DNA of 51,852 bases from Snowella sp. (GTDB taxonomy: Bacteria > Cyanobacteriota > Cyanobacteriia > Cyanobacteriales > Microcystaceae): contig JAYKGY010000053.1 of the NCBI GenBank assembly GCA_035285545.1, positions 1 to 51,852 on the forward strand, in the 5' to 3' direction. Of the stretch, positions 9,949-20,177 are shown in pieces. How positions within the stretch are numbered: the first letter of the stretch is position 1; each line of letters begins with the position of its first letter. A program made the position numbers and the translations under genes. Below the pieces are notes generated by a model. It was not told the origin of the DNA. It saw only the letters and a program-made list of their open reading frames with translations, and ran no database searches.

Positions 9949-10959
9949 ATGATGATGAATTTCTTAAGGCAAAAACTGAAACAAATTGTTATCTTATTTG
10001 CCATTTCGTTTTTGTGTGTAAGTTGTAGTAAGGTTCCCTCCCTCAGCTACAACCCCTGGGATGCGATTACCCTCGATACTGATTCGACCTTTGCGGATAT
10101 TTCTTTTACGGATGATTTGCAACACGGTTGGTTAGTGGGAACCCGATCCACCATTTTTGAAACCAAGGATGGGGGCGATAGTTGGGAACAGCGCGTCCTT
10201 GATCTCGGTGACGAAAAAGTCAGCTTTACGTCAGTTAGCTTTAATGGGCAAGAAGGTTGGATTACTGGCAAACCCTCTATCCTCTTACATACGGAAGATG
10301 GCGGCAACAGTTGGTCACGTATTCCTTTAAGTGAAAAATTGCCTGGTGCCCCCTATGGCATTATTGCCACAGGACAACAATCGGCTGAGATGATCACAGA
10401 TTTAGGAGCCATCTACAAAACCGATAACGCCGGCAAAACCTGGAAAGCCCTAGTTGAAGGCGCAGTTGGGGTTGCTCGTACCATTCAACGTTCTCCTGAG
10501 GGGCGTTATGTCGCGGTTTCGGCACGGGGAAATTTTTATTCCACCTGGGAACCTGGCCAAAGCGAATGGACACCCCATAACCGTAATTCCTCTCGTCGTT
10601 TACAAACGATGGGTTATAGCGAAGATGGCCATCTCTGGCTATTAGCACGGGGCGGCATTCTACAATTCAGCACCGATCAAACGGGCGATGAATGGGGAGA
10701 CGTTATTTCTCCTGAAGCGAAAAGCAGTTGGGGACTATTAGACCTCTCCTACCGTACCTCTGAAGAGGTTTGGGTCGCGGGGGGAAGTGGTAACTTATTA
10801 GTCAGCCACGATAATGGTCAAACCTGGGAAAAAGACCGCGATATCGAAAATATTCCCGCAAATTTGTATAAAATTGTTTTTCTTAACCCAGATACGGGTT
10901 TTGTGCTTGGACAAAATGGGGTTTTGTTGAAATATAATCCTTCAACAGAAGCCGTTTAA
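9949..10959 (+). CDS. ycf48: photosystem II assembly factor Ycf48/Hcf136
   Basis: lipoprotein-like signal; BNR repeats (TxDGGxSW); RNSSRRLQ motif; synteny with psbEFLJ. Confidence 0.95.
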   Translation: MMMNFLRQKLKQIVILFAISFLCVSCSKVPSLSYNPWDAITLDTDSTFADISFTDDLQHGWLVGTRSTIFETKDGGDSWEQRVLDLGDEKVSFTSVSFNGQEGWITGKPSILLHTEDGGNSWSRIPLSEKLPGAPYGIIATGQQSAEMITDLGAIYKTDNAGKTWKALVEGAVGVARTIQRSPEGRYVAVSARGNFYSTWEPGQSEWTPHNRNSSRRLQTMGYSEDGHLWLLARGGILQFSTDQTGDEWGDVISPEAKSSWGLLDLSYRTSEEVWVAGGSGNLLVSHDNGQTWEKDRDIENIPANLYKIVFLNPDTGFVLGQNGVLLKYNPSTEAV

Positions 10960-11045
10960 CTTTCGGTTCTACCGATAACTCAGTCCGATCCATTCGATAG
11001 TAAACTAGAACTTACCATTTGGTTCAATTTGGAGGAAAACGTCAA

Positions 11046-11291
11046 ATGTCAGGAACTACTGGAGAGCGTCCGTTTTCAGATATTGTTACGAGTATTCGTT
11101 ACTGGGTAATTCACAGTATCACCATCCCCATGCTGTTTATTGCGGGTTGGTTATTTGTCAGCACAGGATTGGCCTATGATGCCTTTGGCACTCCCCGTCC
11201 TGATCAATACTTTACCCAAGAACGTCAAGAATTACCGATTATTGATAGTCGCTATAAAGTAAGCGAAGAAATTAAACAATTTAACCAATAA
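11046..11291 (+). CDS. psbE: cytochrome b559 alpha subunit
   Basis: [36 protein letters not shown] before ATG 11046. Confidence 0.98.
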   Translation: MSGTTGERPFSDIVTSIRYWVIHSITIPMLFIAGWLFVSTGLAYDAFGTPRPDQYFTQERQELPIIDSRYKVSEEIKQFNQ

Positions 11292-11318
11292 TTCATTACA
11301 AACAGGTAATAAATAATA

Positions 11319-11453
11319 ATGGCTACTAACAATCCCAATCAACCCATTTCTTATCCCATTTTTACCGTCCGATGGTTAGCCGTTCACACTTTAGCTGTAC
11401 CGACGGTTTTCTTTATCGGCGCGATCGCCGCAATGCAATTTATTCAGCGATAG
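11319..11453 (+). CDS. psbF: cytochrome b559 beta subunit
   Basis: hand translation [44 protein letters not shown] (below the ORF-track cutoff). Confidence 0.97.
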   Translation: MATNNPNQPISYPIFTVRWLAVHTLAVPTVFFIGAIAAMQFIQR

Positions 11454-11465
11454 GAGTTAATCGTC

Positions 11466-11585
11466 ATGGAAAGAATGCCCAATCCGAATCGTCAGCCCGT
11501 TGAATTAAACCGTACTTCCCTGTATCTAGGGTTATTACTTGTTGCGGTTTTAGGGATTTTATTCTCCAGTTATTTCTTTAACTAA
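11466..11585 (+). CDS. psbL: photosystem II protein L
   Basis: hand translation [39 protein letters not shown]. Confidence 0.97.
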   Translation: MERMPNPNRQPVELNRTSLYLGLLLVAVLGILFSSYFFN

Positions 11586-11623
11586 ATGGAGTTTGTTTAA
11601 AAAAATATTAAGAGGAAATACTC

Positions 11624-11743
11624 ATGTTTGCAGAAGGTAGAATTCCCTTGTGGATCGTCGGTGTCATCGCAGGTTTAGGTGCCCTGAGCATTTTAGGTTT
11701 ATTCTTTTATGGAGCCTACGCGGGTTTAGGCTCTTCAATGTAA
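11624..11743 (+). CDS. psbJ: photosystem II protein J
   Basis: hand translation [39 protein letters not shown]. Confidence 0.97.
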   Translation: MFAEGRIPLWIVGVIAGLGALSILGLFFYGAYAGLGSSM

Positions 11744-11822
11744 GCCGGATCTTAAAACAGTTATTAATTTATGAATTAAGTAAGTCACCCGTATTTTTTA
11801 TAACATCCTTCCGCCTATCGGC

Positions 11823-11850
11823 TCCCCCTTAATAAGGGGGGCAGGGGGAT
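11823..11850. repeat. cyanobacterial interspersed palindromic repeat (CCCCCTT-AAT-AAGGGGG type)
   Basis: TCCCCCTTAATAAGGGGGGCAGGGGGAT hairpin downstream of psbJ; a half-copy (GATCCCCCCCTAATCC) lies near 33904. Confidence 0.6.
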
Positions 11851-11980
11851 AAAGTTTACTCAAAAAAATTTTACGCTTTGTTTAGTGGCTTTACTTAATC
11901 TAAAAAACTGGTATGAGATTTTTTAGTCAATTGATTAATTTTTAACCGTCGGTTTAACAAAAGCTGACGGTCTTTTATTG

Positions 11981-12406
11981 ATGGTTTATTCTCGAATTAT
12001 TCGTCTATCGGATACGGATGCCGCAGGAGTTATTTATTTCGCCTCCTTACTGTCGATTTGTCACGAAGCCTATGAAGATTATCTTGCCCAAGCCGGCATT
12101 AATTTAAAAAATTTTTTTCGGGATTCAGAAACAGCAATTCCCATTGTTCATGGAGAAATTGACTTTTTTCGCCCCCTCTTTTGTGGCGATCGCATTCAAG
12201 TTAACTTAACCCCAATATTGCTAAATGAACACAGCTTTGAAATTATTTATCAAATTACGGTTAATGATTGCTTAGATAAGCCTGTCGCTAAAGGACTCAC
12301 CCGACATATTTGTATCAATCCCCGTACTCGCCAAAAACTGGCCGTTCCTAAATCTATCCAACAAGCCTTGTTGTGTGAATCAGATCACAGCCAAAGCACT
12401 ATTTAG
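11981..12406 (+). CDS. hotdog-fold thioesterase, probable 1,4-dihydroxy-2-naphthoyl-CoA hydrolase
   Basis: IRLSDTDAAGVIYFA...CHEAYE...IPIVH..IDFFRPL..GD, matching the 4HBT-type cyanobacterial DHNA-CoA thioesterase. Confidence 0.8.
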   Translation: MVYSRIIRLSDTDAAGVIYFASLLSICHEAYEDYLAQAGINLKNFFRDSETAIPIVHGEIDFFRPLFCGDRIQVNLTPILLNEHSFEIIYQITVNDCLDKPVAKGLTRHICINPRTRQKLAVPKSIQQALLCESDHSQSTI

Positions 12407-12480
12407 ATCACTGCAAATTAGTGACAAATATCTATCATGGAAAAAACTTTGCTTTGATTCTGTTAAGTGCCGAGTTCATT

Positions 12481-12648
12481 ATGGCTAAATTATCCAGCCA
12501 GCCCCTTAAATCAAACCCCTTTATCACCTATCGAGATCCCAAAACCGGTATTTGGAAGGTTGTTCAATCGTCCTACCTGAATGAAGCCACTCTCGATGAA
12601 ACCGCAATTTCAAAATCCTTAGAAAAACAAGCCGATCCTAAAAATTAA
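12481..12648 (+). CDS. small hypothetical protein (55 aa)
   Basis: ATG 12481; NPFITYRDPKTGIWKVV core looks like a conserved cyanobacterial small-protein motif. Confidence 0.5.
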   Translation: MAKLSSQPLKSNPFITYRDPKTGIWKVVQSSYLNEATLDETAISKSLEKQADPKN

Positions 12649-12721
12649 TTTATTTAAACAATTTTTTCTCGATCCTTTCTGATTTATCCTTTTGCTTATC
12701 CAAGATTTTTTAGGTGGAGAG

Positions 12722-12751
12722 TTGACAGAGGTTCTTAAATATCGGTACTAT
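12722..12751 (+). promoter_or_regulatory. putative sigma70 promoter of the str operon
   Basis: TTGACA-N18-TACTAT upstream of rpsL. Confidence 0.5.
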
Positions 12752-12813
12752 GATAATTTGTCAACGTTTTTATGGATACCTGGGAGTTTATTTTAATCTT
12801 CCTATCATAGCCC

Positions 12814-13182
12814 ATGCCCACTATTCAGCAGCTCATTCGTAGCGAACGCTCAAAAATTAAGAAAAAAACGAAATCTCCTGCGCTTAAGCAATGTCCCCAG
12901 CGTCGGGGTGTTTGTACTAGGGTTTATACCACAACCCCGAAAAAGCCTAACTCTGCCCTGCGTAAAGTTGCGCGGGTTCGTTTAACCTCTGGATTTGAAG
13001 TAACCGCCTATATTCCAGGAATTGGTCATAACCTACAAGAACACTCTGTTGTCTTGATTCGCGGTGGACGGGTAAAAGATTTACCTGGGGTCAGATACCA
13101 TATTATCCGTGGAACCTTGGACGCAACGGGCGTTAAAAACCGTAAGCAAGGTCGCTCCAAGTACGGTACCAAACGCGGTTAA
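12814..13182 (+). CDS. rpsL: 30S ribosomal protein S12
   Basis: MPTIQQLIR...[10 protein letters not shown]...[10 protein letters not shown]. Confidence 0.99.
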   Translation: MPTIQQLIRSERSKIKKKTKSPALKQCPQRRGVCTRVYTTTPKKPNSALRKVARVRLTSGFEVTAYIPGIGHNLQEHSVVLIRGGRVKDLPGVRYHIIRGTLDATGVKNRKQGRSKYGTKRG

Positions 13183-13370
13183 ATAAAACTGTAATATTTC
13201 TGACTATTTGTATTTTTTCTGTCAAGACCCTAGTTGTCTGATCAGTATCTTGCTGTCGTTATTAACCCCAAACATAGCGATCGCAGTCCCTCTCCCTCGG
13301 ATTTATCCAAAATTTAGGGGAGATTATTAAAGTGTTTTAACTCCCTTTCTTCAGGAAAGCTCAATTACTT

Positions 13371-13841
13371 ATGTCTCGTCGCGGAAATATAAAAAAAAGA
13401 ACCGTTCCCGCCGATCCTGTGTATAACAGTTCCCTTGTTAACATGACCATCCGTCGGGTAATGAAAAGCGGAAAAAAATCCCTCGCTTCTCGTATTGTCT
13501 ATGATGCCCTCGAAACCGTCGGGCAAAAAACGGGCAATGAACCGTTAGAAGTTTTTGAAAAAGCCATCAAAAATTTAACCCCCTTGGTGGAAGTGAAAGC
13601 CCGTCGGGTCGGTGGGGCAACCTATCAAGTCCCGATGGAAGTTCGTTCAGCCAGAGGAACCGCCCTAGCCCTGCGTTGGTTAGTCCACTATTCCCGCGCG
13701 CGTGGCGGCAAAAGTATGTCCAGCAAACTGGCCAACGAAATTTTAGACGCAGCCAACGAAACCGGCGCAGCGATTAAAAAACGGGAAGAAACTCACCGTA
13801 TGGCTGATGCCAACAAAGCCTTTGCTCATTACCGTTACTAG
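13371..13841 (+). CDS. rpsG: 30S ribosomal protein S7
   Basis: [11 protein letters not shown]...[14 protein letters not shown]. Confidence 0.99.
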   Translation: MSRRGNIKKRTVPADPVYNSSLVNMTIRRVMKSGKKSLASRIVYDALETVGQKTGNEPLEVFEKAIKNLTPLVEVKARRVGGATYQVPMEVRSARGTALALRWLVHYSRARGGKSMSSKLANEILDAANETGAAIKKREETHRMADANKAFAHYRY

Positions 13842-13963
13842 AGGTTGGGCGGTTATCCGCCTTCTTTAGAAACATTTTTAGCAAAGAAAAGTATAGAATT
13901 GTAAATAGTGTAAACCAATACAAAGACTTATCCGAGACTAGCCGGGCAAGAAAGGAGGTAGCT

Positions 13964-16039
13964 GTGGCACGTACGATCCCGCTAGAGCGAGTGCGTAATA
14001 TCGGCATCGCCGCACATATAGATGCGGGGAAAACAACAACAACGGAACGAATCCTATTTTATTCTGGTGTCGTTCATAAAATTGGGGAAGTCCACGATGG
14101 TACGGCTGTTACCGACTGGATGGAACAAGAACGAGAACGGGGGATTACGATCACCGCTGCTGCCATTAGCACCAGTTGGAAAGATCATCGCATTAATATC
14201 ATTGATACTCCCGGTCACGTTGACTTCACCATTGAAGTTGAACGTTCCATGCGGGTATTAGACGGAGTCATTGCTGTCTTCTGTTCCGTTGGTGGTGTCC
14301 AACCCCAATCTGAGACAGTTTGGCGGCAAGCGGATCGCTATCGTGTGCCTCGGATTACTTTCATCAATAAGATGGATCGGACTGGGGCAAACTTCTACAA
14401 AGTTTATAACCAGATGCGCGATCGCCTCAGAGCAAACGCGGTTCCGATTCAATTGCCCATTGGTAGCGAAAGCGATTTTCAAGGCATTGTCGATCTCGTT
14501 GGCATGAAAGCCTATATCTATACCAACGACTTAGGAACGGATATCAAAGAAACAGAAATTCCTGGTGATTTACAAGATTTAGCCGAAGAATATCGGGTGA
14601 CACTGGTTGAAGCGGTTGCCGAAACCGATGATGCCCTCATGGAGAAATATCTTGAGGGAGAAGAACTCACCAACGACGAAATTAAGCAGGGCTTACGGAC
14701 AGGAACCATTAATGGAACCATTGTTCCCGTATTATGCGGATCTGCCTTCAAAAATAAAGGCGTACAGCTTATGCTGGATGCAGTTATTGATTACCTACCA
14801 TCTCCGACGGAAGTTCCCCCTATCCAAGGAACCTTACCCAACGGAGAAACGGCTGAACGACGAGCGGATGATAACGCCCCCATGTCTGCTTTAGCCTTCA
14901 AAGTTATGTCCGATCCCTACGGTCGTTTGACCTTTGTACGGGTCTATTCAGGCACTTTGAAGAAAGGCAGCTACGTGCTGAACTCAACCAAAGGCAAGAA
15001 AGAGCGAATTTCTCGTCTGATTGTCTTAAAGGCGGATGATCGGATTGAAGTGGATGAACTCCAAGCAGGAGATTTAGGGGCCGTTTTAGGGTTAAAAGAT
15101 ACCTTAACGGGTGATACCCTATGTGATGATTCAGCACCCATTATCCTTGAATCCCTCTTTATTCCTGAGCCTGTTATCTCGGTTGCGGTTGAACCCAAAA
15201 CCAAGCAGGATATGGAAAAACTTTCCAAAGCCCTGCAAGCTCTCTCTGAAGAAGATCCCACCTTCCGCGTCAACGTTGATCCAGAAACCAATCAGACCGT
15301 TATTGCAGGAATGGGAGAACTTCACCTAGAAATTCTCGTGGATCGGATGATGCGGGAATTTAAAGTAGAAGCTAACGTTGGTGCGCCACAGGTTGCTTAT
15401 CGGGAAACCATTCGTAAGCCTGTCCGTGCTGAAGGTAAATTTATCCGTCAGAGCGGTGGTAAGGGTCAATACGGTCATGTTGTCATTGAACTAGAACCAG
15501 GTGAACCCGGATCGGGCTTTGAATTTGTTTCCAAAATTGTTGGGGGTGCGGTACCGAAAGAGTACATTAACCCTTCCGAACAGGGAATGAAAGAAGCCTG
15601 CGAAAATGGGATTTTAGCGGGATATCCCGTGATTGACCTCAAGGCAACTTTAGTCGATGGGTCTTACCATGATGTAGACTCTTCCGAAATGGCCTTTAAG
15701 ATCGCAGGTTCGATGGCGATTAAAGAAGCCGTTATGAAAGCTTCCCCCGTTCTCTTAGAACCGATGATGAAAGTTGAAGTTGAAGTTCCTGAAGACTTTA
15801 TTGGCAACGTCATCGGCGACCTTAACTCCCGTCGGGGTCAAATTGAAGGTCAAGAAACGGATCAGGGATTAGCTAAAGTTTCTGCAAAGGTTCCCCTAGC
15901 GGAAATGTTTGGCTATGCGACCGATATTCGGTCTAAAACTCAAGGTCGGGGTATTTTCTCGATGGAATTTAGCCATTACGATGAGATTCCCCGCAACGTT
16001 GCTGAGGCAATTATTGCTAAAAGCAAAGGGAACGCCTAA
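13964..16039 (+). CDS. fusA: elongation factor G
   Basis: [19 protein letters not shown] and NKMD motifs; GTG start with AAGGAGG RBS. Confidence 0.99.
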   Translation: MARTIPLERVRNIGIAAHIDAGKTTTTERILFYSGVVHKIGEVHDGTAVTDWMEQERERGITITAAAISTSWKDHRINIIDTPGHVDFTIEVERSMRVLDGVIAVFCSVGGVQPQSETVWRQADRYRVPRITFINKMDRTGANFYKVYNQMRDRLRANAVPIQLPIGSESDFQGIVDLVGMKAYIYTNDLGTDIKETEIPGDLQDLAEEYRVTLVEAVAETDDALMEKYLEGEELTNDEIKQGLRTGTINGTIVPVLCGSAFKNKGVQLMLDAVIDYLPSPTEVPPIQGTLPNGETAERRADDNAPMSALAFKVMSDPYGRLTFVRVYSGTLKKGSYVLNSTKGKKERISRLIVLKADDRIEVDELQAGDLGAVLGLKDTLTGDTLCDDSAPIILESLFIPEPVISVAVEPKTKQDMEKLSKALQALSEEDPTFRVNVDPETNQTVIAGMGELHLEILVDRMMREFKVEANVGAPQVAYRETIRKPVRAEGKFIRQSGGKGQYGHVVIELEPGEPGSGFEFVSKIVGGAVPKEYINPSEQGMKEACENGILAGYPVIDLKATLVDGSYHDVDSSEMAFKIAGSMAIKEAVMKASPVLLEPMMKVEVEVPEDFIGNVIGDLNSRRGQIEGQETDQGLAKVSAKVPLAEMFGYATDIRSKTQGRGIFSMEFSHYDEIPRNVAEAIIAKSKGNA

Positions 16040-16055
16040 TCAGGATGCATAAACC

Positions 16056-16115
16056 AAGGATCGGTTTTTAGTTAATGAAATTCATTGATGTTTCATGGCT
16101 GAAAACTGATACCTT
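16056..16115 (+). other. long intercistronic RNA hairpin between fusA and tuf
   Basis: AAGG-ATCGGTTTTTAGTT-A-ATGAAA pairs with TTTCAT-GGCTGAAAACTGAT-A-CCTT; the mismatches are G-U pairs on the + strand. Confidence 0.6.
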
Positions 16116-16165
16116 AAAAATTGATAACTGAAGCAAGAAGAATACTAAATAGGAATCATTAATTC

Positions 16166-17401
16166 ATGGCACGCGCAAAATTTGAACGGGCAAAGCCCCA
16201 CGTTAACATTGGAACCATTGGCCACGTTGATCACGGCAAAACAACCTTAACAGCTGCTATTACGAATGTTTTAGCTAAAAGAGGTGGTGGGAAGGCTAAA
16301 AAGTTTGATGAAATCGATGCTGCGCCTGAAGAGAAGGCTCGCGGTATCACCATCAATACGGCTCACGTTGAGTATGAAACAGAAAATCGTCACTACGCTC
16401 ACGTTGATTGCCCTGGTCACGCTGACTATGTAAAAAACATGATCACTGGAGCGGCTCAAATGGATGGAGCGATCTTAGTGGTTGCTGCGACCGATGGACC
16501 CATGCCCCAAACCCGTGAACATATTCTGTTAGCAAAACAGGTCGGGGTTCCTAGCCTAGTTGTGTTCCTCAACAAGTCTGACATGGTTGACGATGAAGAG
16601 TTACTCGAACTCGTTGAATTAGAAGTTCGTGAACTGCTCAGCAGCTATGACTTCCCCGGTGATGATATTCCTGTCATTCGCGGTTCGGGACTCAAGGCTT
16701 TAGACGGCGACGCGAAATGGGAAGAAACTGTAATCGAATTAATGGATGCAGTTGATAAGTTTATTCCTACTCCTGAACGGGATGTTGATAAGCCTTTCTT
16801 AATGGCGGTTGAAGACGTTTTCTCCATCACAGGTCGGGGAACGGTTGCCACGGGACGGATTGAACGCGGTAAGATCAAAGTGGGTGATAACGTTGAGTTG
16901 GTTGGTATCAAAGCTACTCGTAGCACTACCGTAACCGGAATTGAAATGTTCCAAAAATCCTTAGAAGAAGGGATGGCTGGAGACAATGCTGGTTTACTCC
17001 TACGGGGTATCCAAAAGGATGAAATTGAGCGCGGAATGGTTCTCGCTAAACCCGGTTCTATCACTCCCCATACCAAATTTGAAGGGGAAGTTTACGTTCT
17101 CAAAAAAGAAGAAGGTGGTCGTCATACCCCTTTCTTTGCTAACTATCGTCCTCAATTCTATGTGCGGACAACCGATGTAACCGGAACCATCTTAAGCTAC
17201 ACGGCAGATGACGGCAGTGCAGTAGAAATGGTGATGCCCGGCGATCGCATCAAAATGACCGTGGAGTTGATCAACCCGATCGCGATCGAACAAGGAATGC
17301 GTTTTGCGATTCGAGAAGGTGGCCGAACCATTGGTGCTGGCGTTGTTTCCAAAATTTTGGATTCTGGTGCTGCCGCCGATCCTAAAGCTAAGAAAAAATA
17401 G
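16166..17401 (+). CDS. tuf: elongation factor Tu with C-terminal extension
   Basis: [22 protein letters not shown] and NKSD motifs; ends ...[17 protein letters not shown]. Confidence 0.99.
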   Translation: MARAKFERAKPHVNIGTIGHVDHGKTTLTAAITNVLAKRGGGKAKKFDEIDAAPEEKARGITINTAHVEYETENRHYAHVDCPGHADYVKNMITGAAQMDGAILVVAATDGPMPQTREHILLAKQVGVPSLVVFLNKSDMVDDEELLELVELEVRELLSSYDFPGDDIPVIRGSGLKALDGDAKWEETVIELMDAVDKFIPTPERDVDKPFLMAVEDVFSITGRGTVATGRIERGKIKVGDNVELVGIKATRSTTVTGIEMFQKSLEEGMAGDNAGLLLRGIQKDEIERGMVLAKPGSITPHTKFEGEVYVLKKEEGGRHTPFFANYRPQFYVRTTDVTGTILSYTADDGSAVEMVMPGDRIKMTVELINPIAIEQGMRFAIREGGRTIGAGVVSKILDSGAAADPKAKKK

Positions 17402-17421
17402 CCTTAGTCGATAATTCATAC

Positions 17422-17500
17422 TCAGTGATCAAGAAACCGTTATCAGTGAGAGATTAATGAAAAAATTTCAAGAACTGTCAACTGTTAACTTGGTCACTGA
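17422..17500 (+). repeat. STRR-like heptamer-derived inverted repeat in the tuf-rpsJ spacer
   Basis: TCAGTGATCAAG (17422-33) pairs with CTTGGTCACTGA (17489-500); ACTGTCA/ACTGTTA heptamers. Confidence 0.5.
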
Positions 17501-17555
17501 ATCTTATTGACTGTCCATTAATTCCGAACCTTGAAAATTTAAAAAGTCAAAAACT

Positions 17556-17873
17556 ATGGCAACCCTTCAACAACAAAAGATTCGTATTCGTCTGAAAGCC
17601 TTTGATCGTCGTTTACTAGATACCTCTTGCGACAAGATTGTCGATACGGCTAATAGAACGAATGCCACTGCGATTGGCCCGATCCCTTTACCAACCAAAC
17701 GAAAAGTTTACTGTTTATTGCGTTCTCCTCACGTTGATAAAGACTCACGGGAGCATTTTGAAACCCGTACCCACCGCCGCATCATCGATATTTATCAGCC
17801 TTCTTCAAAAACCATTGATGCTTTAATGAAACTAGATTTGCCTGCGGGTGTTGATATTGAAGTTAAACTGTAG
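17556..17873 (+). CDS. rpsJ: 30S ribosomal protein S10
   Basis: [10 protein letters not shown]...GPIPLPT...[14 protein letters not shown]. Confidence 0.99.
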   Translation: MATLQQQKIRIRLKAFDRRLLDTSCDKIVDTANRTNATAIGPIPLPTKRKVYCLLRSPHVDKDSREHFETRTHRRIIDIYQPSSKTIDALMKLDLPAGVDIEVKL

Positions 17874-17901
17874 GCTTTAGTTAAGCAATAATAATTTTTA
17901 T

Positions 17902-17930
17902 AATCCCTGCTGAGTAGTGGGGATTCTTTT
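17902..17930 (+). terminator. intrinsic terminator of the str operon
   Basis: AATCCCTGCT-GAGT-AGTGGGGATT stem (2 G-U pairs) followed by CTTTTT. Confidence 0.6.
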
Positions 17931-18009
17931 CAAGTTTTTAATGCTGTCTGCTTGATGCTTTCACCTGAGGGAGGGGAGAATTCAACACTCATTAGTCAGG
18001 GGCGAAGCT

Positions 18010-18777
18010 TTAAAACCCGTTTTTCGGTAAACCATGAAAATCGACCACGCGACCAATAACCGCGATCGCCGGAGCGTCAAACTGGGACTGTTCAATCTGT
18101 TCAATAATGGTGTTTAAAGTTCCTCTTAATTCGGCTTGATCGGGACGGGTTCCCCAACGGATTAGAGCAATGGGGGTTTCGGGGGATAGTCCACCGGCGA
18201 AGAGTTGCGGCAAAATATTACCTAAATTGTGAACCCCCATATAGATTACGATGGTCTCTGACCCTTGCGCGATCGCTGTCCAATTAATCTGCGGACGGTA
18301 TTTTCCTGCCATTTCGTGACCCGTGACAAAGGTAACGCTGGAACTGTAATCTCGATGGGTAATGGGAATCCCGGCATAGGCCGGTGCTGCAATCCCGGAA
18401 GTAATACCTGGAACCACTTCAACGGCAATTCCCGCTTGAATGAGGGCTTCCATTTCTTCCCCCCCCCGACCAAAGACAAAGGGATCACCGCCTTTTAATC
18501 GCACAATTACCGCATGATTTTGGGCTTTCTCGATTAACAATTGATTGGTTTCATCCTGGAGCTTAGAATGACGACCCCGCCGCTTACCCGCGTCAATCTG
18601 CTCTGCCTGAGGGTTAATCATCTCTAAGATCGGAGCACTAACGAGCGCGTCATAGACGACCACATCCGCGTGTTCAAGTAGGGTTTTCCCTTTGAGGGTC
18701 ATTAAGCCCGGATCCCCAGGCCCTGCCCCCACTAAATACACTTTGCCTAAACGGGATTCCAAAGCGGACTGGTTCAT
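18010..18777 (-). CDS. cobA: uroporphyrinogen-III C-methyltransferase (SUMT)
   Basis: VYLVGAGPGDPGLMT, RLKGGDPFVFGRGGEE and VVPGITS motifs. Confidence 0.95.
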   Translation of the reverse strand: MNQSALESRLGKVYLVGAGPGDPGLMTLKGKTLLEHADVVVYDALVSAPILEMINPQAEQIDAGKRRGRHSKLQDETNQLLIEKAQNHAVIVRLKGGDPFVFGRGGEEMEALIQAGIAVEVVPGITSGIAAPAYAGIPITHRDYSSSVTFVTGHEMAGKYRPQINWTAIAQGSETIVIYMGVHNLGNILPQLFAGGLSPETPIALIRWGTRPDQAELRGTLNTIIEQIEQSQFDAPAIAVIGRVVDFHGLPKNGF

Positions 18778-19577
18778 GGATGAATTAAATCGATAATGAC
18801 TTGCGCGAGTTCGGGCGTCGCTCCCAGGGGGAAACCTATTTTAAACTGAATTTGAGGATAGTGTTGCTGTAATTGGCCAACTTGTTGGGCGATCGCATCG
18901 GTAATGCCCCCAGTAAAAAGGAAGTAGGGCAAGATGTAGAGTGATTGGTGGAGAGATTGAAAATTATTGATAACCGTTTCTAAATGGGGAGGAACTGACC
19001 AATAACAGGCGATCGCGTTAAATTGAACAGCTAGTTGTTCAATCGGATCATTGCCTCCGCTGCGACGGCTACCATGGGCCAGAATAATCCGCCCATCCGT
19101 AGGATATTGATTAAATTGTTGAGCGATTAAGTTCGCCAGACGCACCGAACTCCCAAGATAGGGAGACAAACTGAGCTTCATCTCTTGCCCTAGATATTGC
19201 TCAGCGATCGCGATTTGTGCCGGAAGATCGTCTTGAACATGGACACCGGATAAGAGGAACAAAGGAACAATTTTTAAGCAAGAAAATCCTGCCGCCTTAG
19301 CAGAACAAGCCGCATCAATAATTTGCTGATGTAAAGGAAGATCATGACATTCCAACGTAGCGGTCTTTACCCAGTATTGGTCTTGATAACGAAGAAGCGT
19401 GGCAGTTGATGCAAAAGATGAATTCAATTGTGCGGATTGCGCTTTGGTTTCACTGATTTCAAGCCCTCGGATCGCCAAACGCTGACTAGTTAAGTAGGCT
19501 AACCGCTCCAGGGCAATCTGAGGACGCGGATCGCGGCTTCCATGAGAAACAAGCAAGTAGGCAGAGGTCAGATTCAA
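18774..19577 (-). CDS. cbiX: sirohydrochlorin chelatase (CbiX/SirB family)
   Basis: HGSRDP, PLFLLSGVHV and a second HGSRR (two CbiX domains); overlaps cobA by 4 nt. Confidence 0.85.
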   Translation of the reverse strand: MNLTSAYLLVSHGSRDPRPQIALERLAYLTSQRLAIRGLEISETKAQSAQLNSSFASTATLLRYQDQYWVKTATLECHDLPLHQQIIDAACSAKAAGFSCLKIVPLFLLSGVHVQDDLPAQIAIAEQYLGQEMKLSLSPYLGSSVRLANLIAQQFNQYPTDGRIILAHGSRRSGGNDPIEQLAVQFNAIACYWSVPPHLETVINNFQSLHQSLYILPYFLFTGGITDAIAQQVGQLQQHYPQIQFKIGFPLGATPELAQVIIDLIHP

Positions 19578-19824
19578 AGAATTCTTAAGAAAAATTTAAG
19601 CGTTGTGTAAATTTATTTTACCGAATCCGTTCTTAAAAAAAGCATCAAAGACAACATCTTCATGGAAAGTAGAATCACGAAGGTATTTAAAGCCCCAAAT
19701 TTTAACCGATCGCAGACGAAGAATACACCAAAAATTGTAGGCTCAGTGAAGCAAGAGGTCACTTGAATGGCATGATAGTTATACCACTCAATCTAACTAG
19801 TTTTGTCAAAGGTCATCGTCTCTT

Positions 19825-20019
19825 ATGGGGTTTGCCGATTTATCGATCGCGGATATTGCGACTGAATATAATCTCCCAGTGAAGACAGTGTTTCACCTCT
19901 GCGATCAATTGGGAGTGACCTATAAAAATCAACAGACTAATTTGGCGTTGGAAGATGCCAAGGCAATTATTGCTCAAATTTTAGCTCAGCAGTCAAACAC
20001 TCATGATGAAGGTTGTTAA
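19825..20019 (+). CDS. small IF2-N-terminal-domain-like protein
   Basis: MGFADLSIADIA.EY.LPV..V..LCDQLG...LALEDAKAII, a conserved cyanobacterial 64-aa protein. Confidence 0.7.
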   Translation: MGFADLSIADIATEYNLPVKTVFHLCDQLGVTYKNQQTNLALEDAKAIIAQILAQQSNTHDEGC

Positions 20020-20177
20020 CCTGACTTTTAAGCTTAAAGATCAGAAAAACAGCGAAATCTAGGGCATTTTGACTGATGAGAATCCCCAAAGATGAGTAAA
20101 CCCGCAAACTAGACCGATTGAAAAAACTATATTTTGATGAATCCAGACCTAATCAATCAAACTATTTGAGGAGAACA

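Noticed and set aside
11650..11832. 60-aa ORF in the track after psbL
   Set aside because: It overlaps the real psbJ (11624-11743) in another frame.
13774..17826. Many 60-143 aa alternative-frame and antisense ORFs inside fusA, tuf and rpsJ
   Set aside because: These are shadow ORFs produced by codon bias in highly conserved genes, with no RBS or protein-like features.
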